Assembly: GCA_016196885.1 (NCBI GenBank)
Contig: JACPWU010000015.1
Coordinates: 1 to 25,385, forward strand
From: Chlamydiota bacterium
GTDB lineage: Bacteria > Auribacterota > JACPWU01
Length of the DNA: 25,385 nucleotides
Direction: 5' to 3'
The notes below the pieces were generated by a model, which had not been told where the DNA came from, did no database searches, and saw nothing but the letters and a program-made list of their open reading frames with translations. Below are positions 8,804 through 15,763 of this stretch, piece by piece (within the stretch, counting starts at the first letter, position 1; each line of letters opens with the position of its first letter). A program made the translations under genes and the position numbers.

Positions 8804-8877
8804 CTCCCCTTAAATAAGGGGAGAGTAAAACGCACAGCAAGCAAACTCCCCTCTTATCTAAGAGGGGCTGGGGGAGT
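8804..8877. repeat. C/G-tract double-hairpin repeat, copy A (REP-like)
   Basis: Hairpin 1 is 'ctcccctt-aaat-aaggggag'. Hairpin 2 is 'cccctcttatctaagagggg', nested in an outer 'actcccc/ggggagt' stem. The same architecture and near-identical arms recur at 23185-23272. Confidence 0.5.
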
Positions 8878-8887
8878 TACTTCATTT

Positions 8888-9439
8888 TCACGATAGACTC
8901 ACTTTCTGTGAAGCCACCTCACTTTGATTTTCCAATTGAAAAAATTCAAGCGCCCCAAAATGGCAGATTTTCGCGACCCATAGATTTGGAAATTGCGTGA
9001 TCAAAATATTAAAATCCCGAATCACGGCATTGTAATAACGCCGGGCGTTTTGAATCCTGTCTTCCGTTTCTGTCAATTGACGCTGCAGTTCTAGAAAAGT
9101 TGCATTGGCTTTAAGATCAGGATATTTTTCTGCCAGCATCACGATCGTCCTCACTTGACTCCCGAGAAGACCTTCCACGGGACCCCGCTCGCTCACTTGC
9201 TGAAGGCCTTGCGCCTTCCCCCTTAATTCCGTCACTTTTTCCAGTGTCCCTCGTTCATGCACCATATAACCTTGGACGCAAGAGACCAAATTGGGCACAA
9301 GATCATGGCGCCTCTTCAATTGAACTTCAATATCAGACCAAGCGCCCTGGGCCCTCTTTTTTAAGGACACCATGCGATTGTAGAGCCATATAAAACCGAT
9401 CAAAAGAGCGCCTAAAAAAGGCCAAATCCAACTTTTCAT
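8888..9439 (-). CDS. lemA: LemA family protein
   Basis: 183-aa ORF with N-terminal TM 'IWPFLGALLIGFIWLYN' and a conserved LemA body ('QGAWSDIEVQLKRRHDLVPNLV...ATFLELQRQLTETEDRIQNARRYYNAVIRDFN'). SD 'aggagga' on the minus strand. Confidence 0.85.
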   Translation of the reverse strand: MKSWIWPFLGALLIGFIWLYNRMVSLKKRAQGAWSDIEVQLKRRHDLVPNLVSCVQGYMVHERGTLEKVTELRGKAQGLQQVSERGPVEGLLGSQVRTIVMLAEKYPDLKANATFLELQRQLTETEDRIQNARRYYNAVIRDFNILITQFPNLWVAKICHFGALEFFQLENQSEVASQKVSLS

Positions 9440-9586
9440 TCTCCTCCTGACTTTGAATTTCTTCTATGTCTGGCGAACCGAGTATAAAAAAGGCACCGAC
9501 TGTTTCCCGATTTTGATAAAAAATAAACTATACTTTACTTTTTATATAATATATACTGTGTTTTAATAATTATTGGGGTTTGGCTT

Positions 9587-10465
9587 TTATGTTGTTTAAA
9601 AGAATCGCAACAGATCACATCCTCCCCTACCTAAGAACTAAGGGAAGTTCAAAGATTCTCTTGTAGGTCGCACCGTCTCCTTCGAAATTTTCAACCTCTC
9701 ATTTGAAGAATTTCTCACCTTTAAGAACATTCCTCATCCTCCACCTGCCTATACGGAAAAAAACTGCATGAATTGATTCTTCTCTACGAAGAATACGCCC
9801 GCTATGGGGGCTATCCTAAAATCGTGCTCACCCCTGATATCGCCATGAAAGAGAAATATATCCAACAAATCATTGACACCTACATTCGTAAAGACATCCG
9901 CGATTTAGCAGCTATCCGAGACATCACCAAATTCAACAAGTTGCTTGAGGCAGTGGCCTCCCAAAGCGGACAAATGCTGAATGTCTCTGAGATGGCGAAC
10001 ACCCTTGGTATCAGCAAACAGACGATTGAAGATTATTTGTTTCTCCTTGAAGAGACATACATTCTACGCCTCATTCGGCCCTATAGCAAAAATATCCGGT
10101 CGGAATTAACCAAAATGCCCAAAATATTTTTCCATGACACGGGGCTCATGCAAATGCTCTGGCTAAAGGAACTTCCCAAGGAAATTCTTGGACAAGTCTT
10201 TGAAACCAGCGTGTTTGCAGAATTGGCTAAAAAATACGGATCCTCTAACATCAACTACTGGAGAACCCTGGACAAAAGGGAGATCGATTTCATTGTTCAA
10301 ATCAAAGGAGAGTTACATCCCATTGAAGTCAAGCTCAATTTCTCCCAAGCTCATCTTGAACCGATTCGATACTTCTGTGACAAATATCATGTCGGAGATT
10401 TTAAAATTGTAGGTTTGAGAGGATCTCCCCAAAACAAATCCTACATCTATCCTTGGCAAATCTAA
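9587..10465 (+). pseudogene. decayed AAA+ ATPase (DUF4143 C-terminal domain family): 5'-truncated, with at least two frameshifts
   Basis: 230-aa ORF at 9773-10465 carries the DUF4143-type C-terminal part ('EEYARYGGYPKIVL...'). The immediately upstream segment reads '...HILPYLRTKGSSKILL*' in a second frame and 'SLVGRTVSFEIFNLSFEEFL...' in a third; both are recognisable mid-protein motifs of this ATPase family. No Walker-A N-terminus is present; the sequence upstream is AT-rich non-coding. Confidence 0.5.
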
Positions 10466-10519
10466 AATCTTTCAAATTTTTCTGGCATCCCCTCCATAAC
10501 ATGAGTAGAATGCGTTCCT

Positions 10520-11080
10520 ATGCCTATTAAGTCAGACCGTTGGATTAAAAAGATGTCTTTAGAAGAAGAGATGATCTCTCCTTTCGAAGAAAAGCAGGTT
10601 CGAAACGATGTCATTTCTTTTGGGCTTTCCTCTTATGGCTATGATATCCGGATTTCCAATCAATTTAAAATTTTCCAAAGATCAGAAAAAGAGACATTCA
10701 TTGATCCTAAAAACTCGTCTCACTTAAATTGGAAAGACCATGAGGGAAATGACTGTATTGTTCCTCCCCATAATTTTGTTTTGGCTAGAACCGTAGAAAG
10801 ATTCAAAATCCCGAGAAGAATTTTAACTTTATGTGTGGGAAAATCCACCTACGCCCGATGTGGTATTTTGGTCAATGTCACCCCTTTTGAACCTGAATGG
10901 GAAGGCTACCCTACTTTGCAAATTTCAAATATTACCAACATCCCCGTGAAACTTTATGCAAATGAAGGGATCGCTCAAGTGATTTTTTTTGAAAGTGATG
11001 AGAATTGTTTGATTTCTTATGCAGATAAAAAAGGAAAATATCAGGATCAGAAACAGGAAATTACATTGCCGAGGATATAA
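10520..11080 (+). CDS. dcd: dCTP deaminase (housekeeping size, dUTPase-fold)
   Basis: 186-aa ORF with '[15 protein letters not shown]' and '[31 protein letters not shown]' motifs typical of Dcd/dUTPase-superfamily trimers. Confidence 0.8.
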   Translation: MPIKSDRWIKKMSLEEEMISPFEEKQVRNDVISFGLSSYGYDIRISNQFKIFQRSEKETFIDPKNSSHLNWKDHEGNDCIVPPHNFVLARTVERFKIPRRILTLCVGKSTYARCGILVNVTPFEPEWEGYPTLQISNITNIPVKLYANEGIAQVIFFESDENCLISYADKKGKYQDQKQEITLPRI

Positions 11081-11081
11081 T

Positions 11082-11143
11082 CAGTCGTGAGTGGTGAGGG
11101 GTGAGTCGTGAGTAAAAACCTTAAAAACTAACGACTCACGACT
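11082..11143. repeat. short GT-rich repeat 'cagtcgtgagtggtgaggggtgagtcgtgagt' plus partial inverted copy forming a hairpin; second copy at 3450-3480
   Basis: 28 of 32 nt are identical between 11082-11113 and 3450-3480 ('cagtcgtgagtggtgggtggtgagtggtgag'). At 11134-11143 'actcacgact' pairs with 'agtcgtgagt' (11104-11113). Both copies lie in the few nt after a stop codon inside operons. Confidence 0.4.
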
Positions 11144-11150
11144 AAAAAAT

Positions 11151-12557
11151 ATGGAAACTCTAGAATCCCCTTTCACAAAAATTTTCAAGCGCGATGGGTC
11201 CACTGCCTCTTTTGATATGGATCGCATTGTCGAAGCTATTTTTAGCGCTGCTCAGGCCGTTGGCGGTAAAGATCGCTCGACTGCCCTCCAATTAGGTCAG
11301 CAGGTGATGGATCGCCTTCAAACGAGATTTCCTCCAGGCAAAGTTCCTACGGTCGAGGAAATTCAAGACATTATTGAAAAAACTTTAATTGAGGGAGGAC
11401 ATGCTAAAACGGCTAAGGCCTTTATTATCTATCGCCAGAAGCGCAAGGAAGTCCGAGAAACGCACTCTTCTTTCCTGGCCATTGAAAAAACGGTAGATCA
11501 ATACATCGAAGGAATGACCACAACCCCTCTTCAAGCAACATTCCCCGGCCTCGTTCAACATGTGTCCGACCGAGTGCTTAAACATTATGCCTTGAATAAA
11601 GTTTATTCCCCTCAAGTGAGCGAAGCCCATCGGGATAAACTTATTTTTATTCATGACCTCGAAAGCGCCATTGCCGGAAATGCAATTGAACTAGATCTCA
11701 TCACGGCAACACCTCTTTATCTAAGAACCATTTTGGAAATCAGGAGAGAATGGGCAAATCGCATCATTTTAAGGAACCCTGTTTCTACTCAGAATCTCAC
11801 CCCCTACTTATTTCCAGATCATAAGAAGCAAGTTTATATTTTTCAGGAAACACCCTCGGCAGCACCAGAGGAGGAAAAGTCATTTGGCTTCATCACAGGA
11901 GCCCAGAATATTTCGCACAATATTTCACGAGCGAAGATCATTCTCTCTCCAAAAGATAAAAGTTTGATTCTCGGAATTATTCCTACTCAGCAAACGCTGG
12001 ATATTCCTCAAACAAACGTGGGCACTGTAAGTTTAAACTTGAAGAAGATGGCTGAAGGTGCGGCTTCTCAAAAAGATTTCTTCCATACCTTAGAACATGT
12101 TCTGATCCTTTCGAAACAAGCCCTTTTGATCAAAAAGAAAGTCTTTGAACAAAATTTCAATCAAGGAATGTTTCCTCATACACAAGCGGTCTCAAATTTC
12201 AAAACCCGCGGATTTTTATCAATAGGATTGTGTGGAATTTTTCAAGCTTCAGAAAATTTATGTTATGAAGAACGCCCTGTGCACAAAATTCTCTCCCGAG
12301 CAAAAGAGATTTTGGCATTTACCCAAAAAACTTTAAAAACCTTTTCAGAAGAAACCTTGCAGCCTTTCAGTTTAGACTTTATTTCTGCCACCTCTTGCCC
12401 TTTTTATGAGAAGGCACCTGAAAAATTGACGCAGTCCATTCTTTCCCATCCTGAATTGTCTCCTTGGACCCCCGTTTACGAAAATATCTTTAAAGTTGTA
12501 AGTCCCACACTCAAAAACGAGGCTTTCCTCGCCTGGCTTTTACCGGAATATTCTTAA
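11151..12557 (+). CDS. ATP-cone domain protein homologous to the N-terminal two-thirds of class III ribonucleotide reductase NrdD, lacking the glycyl-radical / Zn-ribbon C-terminus (probable non-catalytic NrdD-like protein)
   Basis: The N-terminus 'KIFKRDGSTASFDMDRIVEAIFSAAQAVG' is a canonical ATP-cone. Later segments match remembered E. coli NrdD blocks: 'VLKHYALNKVYSPQVSEAHRDKLIFIHDLESA' vs 'VAKHYAKQHLLPRDVVQAHERGDIHYHDLDYS', and 'NVGTVSLNLKKMA' vs 'NLGVISLNLPRIA'. The ORF stops at 468 aa with no RVCGY motif or CxxC pairs, and the next gene starts 48 nt later. Confidence 0.6.
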   Translation: METLESPFTKIFKRDGSTASFDMDRIVEAIFSAAQAVGGKDRSTALQLGQQVMDRLQTRFPPGKVPTVEEIQDIIEKTLIEGGHAKTAKAFIIYRQKRKEVRETHSSFLAIEKTVDQYIEGMTTTPLQATFPGLVQHVSDRVLKHYALNKVYSPQVSEAHRDKLIFIHDLESAIAGNAIELDLITATPLYLRTILEIRREWANRIILRNPVSTQNLTPYLFPDHKKQVYIFQETPSAAPEEEKSFGFITGAQNISHNISRAKIILSPKDKSLILGIIPTQQTLDIPQTNVGTVSLNLKKMAEGAASQKDFFHTLEHVLILSKQALLIKKKVFEQNFNQGMFPHTQAVSNFKTRGFLSIGLCGIFQASENLCYEERPVHKILSRAKEILAFTQKTLKTFSEETLQPFSLDFISATSCPFYEKAPEKLTQSILSHPELSPWTPVYENIFKVVSPTLKNEAFLAWLLPEYS

Positions 12558-12604
12558 AATTTCGGATTGAAAAAACCCAGCCCTGTGGTATTCTAGTCCC
12601 CATT

Positions 12605-14098
12605 ATGGACGTTTTGAAGACACTGTTTGTCATTGTTTACTTCGGCATTTTAGTCATTCTGGCCATTTATGGCTGTCATCGCTATTATTTGGTCTATCTT
12701 TATTACCGATATAAGAAAAACATACACAAGCCTCTCAAATCTTTTGAATCCCTTCCCAAGGTTACAGTTCAACTGCCTGTTTACAATGAAATGTACGTGG
12801 TTGAAAGATTGATTCGAGCCGTTTGCAAACTTCGTTATCCCAAGGAGCTTCTTGAGATTCAAGTCCTGGACGATTCAACAGATGAGACACAGTATATTGC
12901 ACAAGAGCTCGTTAAGAAATTCAAAGAAAAAGGGTTTTTAATTTCGCATTTGCATCGTTCGAATCGCTCGGGCTTTAAGGCAGGGGCTTTGGCTGCAGGT
13001 TTGAAAGTAGCTCAAGGGGAGTACATCTATATTTTTGATGCCGATTTTGTCCCCAAACCAGACATGATTGAAGAAACCATTCATTTCTTCACCGACCCCA
13101 AAATCGGCATGGTGCAGGTCCGTTGGGACCATCTGAACCGGGATTATTCTATGTTAACTCAAGTGCAGTCTATTTTATTGGACGGCCATTTTGTGATCGA
13201 GCATACGGCCCGCAATCGCTCAGGACGATTTTTCAATTTTAATGGCACAGCAGGCGTTTGGCGTAAAGAGGCCATTATCTCAGCAGGGGGCTGGCATCAC
13301 GATACCCTGACAGAGGATTTGGATTTGTCTTACAGGGCTCAGCTGAAGGGATGGAACTTTGTTTATCTCCCAGACGTTGTCTCCCCCGCAGAACTCCCCG
13401 TAGAAATGAATTCTTTCAAATCGCAACAGCATCGCTGGGTCAAGGGCTCGATTCAAACCGGAAAAAAATTGCTTGGAAAAATCTGGAAGAGCCCTCTTCC
13501 CCTGGGGAGCAAAATCGAAGCGACTTTTCATTTGACAAACAATCTCTCGTATCCCCTCATGATTATTTTATCTTTCTTACTGCTCCCTGCCATGTTCATT
13601 CGATTCGAGGGGGGATGGGAACATTTGGTCTTTATTGATGCGCCTCTGTTCATCGCATCCTTTCTTTCAATCAGCCTTTTTTACATTTGTTCGCAAAAAG
13701 AAATTGATGAATCCTGGTTAAAGAAATTAAAATACATTCCTTTTGTAACTTCTCTGGGGATTGGCCTTTCCATCAACAACGCCAGGGCCGCAATGGAGGC
13801 CCTGTTCAATCAAAAAAGTTCATTTCAGAGAACCCCGAAACATGGAGTCAACTCGCGACAAGATAATTGGAAAGGCAAAAAATATCGTGCCAAGAAAACA
13901 AAATACGCCTGGATAGAATTGTTTCTGGGTCTTTACTTCACAGGCGTGACTCTTTTTGCCTTGGACACGGGTCGCTTCATCATGGTCCCCTTTCTCGCCC
14001 TCTTTCAAATTGGCTATCTCTACACCTGGTCTCTCAGTTTATTTCAGGAAAAGAAAAAACCTGCAGAGGTGTTCATCTCCAGACCTGCGGAGGCTTAG
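12605..14098 (+). CDS. processive family-2 glycosyltransferase (CesA/CslA/NodC-like; D, DxD, D, QxxRW motifs) with N- and C-terminal TM helices
   Basis: Motifs present: 'VTVQLPVYNE', 'VLDDSTDET', 'IFDADFVP', 'TEDLDLSYRAQLKGW' and 'QQHRWVKG'. A multi-TM C-terminal region suggests polymer export. Confidence 0.8.
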   Translation: MDVLKTLFVIVYFGILVILAIYGCHRYYLVYLYYRYKKNIHKPLKSFESLPKVTVQLPVYNEMYVVERLIRAVCKLRYPKELLEIQVLDDSTDETQYIAQELVKKFKEKGFLISHLHRSNRSGFKAGALAAGLKVAQGEYIYIFDADFVPKPDMIEETIHFFTDPKIGMVQVRWDHLNRDYSMLTQVQSILLDGHFVIEHTARNRSGRFFNFNGTAGVWRKEAIISAGGWHHDTLTEDLDLSYRAQLKGWNFVYLPDVVSPAELPVEMNSFKSQQHRWVKGSIQTGKKLLGKIWKSPLPLGSKIEATFHLTNNLSYPLMIILSFLLLPAMFIRFEGGWEHLVFIDAPLFIASFLSISLFYICSQKEIDESWLKKLKYIPFVTSLGIGLSINNARAAMEALFNQKSSFQRTPKHGVNSRQDNWKGKKYRAKKTKYAWIELFLGLYFTGVTLFALDTGRFIMVPFLALFQIGYLYTWSLSLFQEKKKPAEVFISRPAEA

Positions 14099-14167
14099 AC
14101 TTTATTTGATGCCTGTCATAAGGTTTTTCTCCCCCCTCTTAAGTTAACCCAAAATGACTCATGATGA

Positions 14168-14284
14168 CTTGTAGTCACCCGATTTATCGGGCAATGCCCA
14201 ATGCCCCAATGTCATAGACCGCCCCATAAATGGGGCGACTACAAGGGTGATTTTCATTCCCCTTTGTGCCGACCTCAGTCGGCA
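14168..14284 (+). other. compound stem-loop region (possible complex terminator or small structured RNA) downstream of the GT2 gene
   Basis: Outer 9-bp stem 'cttgtagtc'(14168-76) pairs with 'gactacaag'(14237-45). It encloses the hairpins 'cccgatttatcggg' and 'cgccccataaatggggcg' and a 'caatgccc' tandem. A U-rich tract follows, then the hairpin 'gccgac-ctca-gtcggc' (14269-84). Confidence 0.3.
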
Positions 14285-14285
14285 T

Positions 14286-14460
14286 GAATGTTTCTCATCA
14301 GATTTCGTCACGAGTCCGCCTAAGGTGGATTGGATGCGAGGAAGACGCTCCGTGCCATGCGAGGCATACTTTGCAGTATGTTGAGCGTGGCTGACCTCTC
14401 TTGCGACGCCAGACGAGGCAGAATTGGCGCTCGCAGCAGAAATGTGATGAGAAATGCGGA
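14286..14460. mobile_element. MITE-like element, copy 2 (left TIR degraded)
   Basis: The interior is ~85% identical to 720-865. The right end 'tgatgagaaatgcgga' (14445-60) matches the family TIR. The left end retains only 'tttctcatca' (14291-300). No TTAA flank. Confidence 0.55.
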
Positions 14461-14546
14461 CTAGACCCTTTAAAATCCAATCGCTTTTTTAGCTCTAAAA
14501 TGTTATGCTACCCAAATTGTCTCAAAATAAATTTTAAAGTATATTT

Positions 14547-15665
14547 ATGCAACGTATTGAAGATAAAGTAGTTAGGATTATTCGAGGGGATGCCGAAGGG
14601 AAATGGGCCCAGGGGGCTCGGGGCTTCCTTTTTTGCCTTTCTAAGGTTTATGAAGCAGGGGTGAGGTTTAGGCTTTGGATGTTTCGGCAGCGTCTCTTTC
14701 GCCGGGCGATTTTGGGCTGTCCTGTGATCAGCGTGGGAAATATCACGGTGGGAGGAACGGGAAAGACTCCTGTGGTAGAAATGTTAGGTCGTGCCTTGAG
14801 TCAAGGTGGAAGGAAAGTAGCAATTCTAAGCCGAGGTTATAAAAAGAGAAGGAGATTTTTTCGGGCTTCAAAATTGACAGGCCTTGTCTCGGATGGCAAG
14901 AAAATCGAGATGAACTCGAAAGAGGCAGGGGATGAACCCTATATGTTGGCCCGAAATTTGGATGGGGTTTCTGTGCTCGTGGATAAAAATCGCGTGAGAT
15001 CTGGAACCTTGGCGATTCAAAAATTAGGGGTGGATGTTTTACTTTTGGACGATGGCTTTCAGTATTTACCCATTCAGAAAACCCATGAAATTTTACTCAT
15101 TGATTGCACCAATCCCTTTGGATATGGGCATCCCCTCCCTCGAGGACTTCTCAGGGAGCCTGTTGAAGAACTCTCCCGGGCCAATTTCATTTTCTTAACC
15201 AAGGCTGAAAAGGTTTCAGACACGGCCTTCATTCGAAACGAAATTAAAAAGGTGGCACCCCACTCGGAAATTTTAGAATGCATGCACGATCCTAAATATT
15301 TGGTAGATTTACGGACCGAGGAGAAAATTCCTCTCGAGTTTCTAAAGTCTAAAAAAATAGGTGCCCTTTCAGCCATTGCGATTCCAGAAGGGTTCGAAGA
15401 TACCTTGAGGAGATTGAGTGCTGAAATTGTTATTTCCTCTCGCTTTCGAGATCATCATCGCTATCGTAGACGTGAGTTGAAGGAGGTTTTGGCCGAGGCC
15501 AAATCGAGAGGCGTTGATACGATTGTGACGACAGAAAAGGATGCAGTGAGAATTCCATCGTTTCATCTCGATGGAATTCGAATGCTTTTTTTAAGGGTGG
15601 AAATTAAAATCATCAAGGGCGCTGCGGATTTCAACGATTTTGTACACAATATTTGTTATTACTAA
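14547..15665 (+). CDS. lpxK: tetraacyldisaccharide 4'-kinase
   Basis: P-loop 'VISVGNITVGGTGKTP' after an N-terminal membrane-associated helix. Length 372 aa. Followed by a lipid-A acyltransferase gene. Confidence 0.85.
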   Translation: MQRIEDKVVRIIRGDAEGKWAQGARGFLFCLSKVYEAGVRFRLWMFRQRLFRRAILGCPVISVGNITVGGTGKTPVVEMLGRALSQGGRKVAILSRGYKKRRRFFRASKLTGLVSDGKKIEMNSKEAGDEPYMLARNLDGVSVLVDKNRVRSGTLAIQKLGVDVLLLDDGFQYLPIQKTHEILLIDCTNPFGYGHPLPRGLLREPVEELSRANFIFLTKAEKVSDTAFIRNEIKKVAPHSEILECMHDPKYLVDLRTEEKIPLEFLKSKKIGALSAIAIPEGFEDTLRRLSAEIVISSRFRDHHRYRRRELKEVLAEAKSRGVDTIVTTEKDAVRIPSFHLDGIRMLFLRVEIKIIKGAADFNDFVHNICYY

Positions 15666-15671
15666 ATGTAC

Positions 15672-15754
15672 GAATGTGCCAATGTGCCGATGTGCCAATG
15701 TCAAAAGATCATTCCTTGTTTCATTGGCACATTGGCACATTGGCACACTGACAC
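15672..15754. repeat. tandem-octamer palindrome: (aatgtgcc)x3 ... (ggcacatt)x3 forming a ~27-bp stem with ~20-nt loop, filling the lpxK-lpxL spacer
   Basis: 'gaatgtgccaatgtgccgatgtgccaatgtc' (15672-15702) pairs with 'cattggcacattggcacattggcacactgac' (15722-15754) with 2 mismatches. No U-tract follows on either strand. Confidence 0.6.
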
Positions 15755-15763
15755 AAGGTAAAA

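Noticed and set aside
8754-8840. First 29 codons of the 614-aa DUF2207 ORF
   Set aside because: They are a translation through the double-hairpin repeat. Met30 gives a proper signal peptide and was used as the start. Met1 at 8840 does have an SD-like 'gagggga', so it remains a possibility.
10520-11080. dCTP deaminase as a nucleotide-depletion anti-phage defence gene
   Set aside because: The protein is housekeeping size (186 aa) with no extra N-terminal kinase/sensor domain. It is more likely ordinary dcd, though its neighbour is unusual.
15672-15754. Tandem short repeats that could be mistaken for a CRISPR array
   Set aside because: The units are 8 bp with no spacers and form a single inverted repeat. 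There is no cas gene context.
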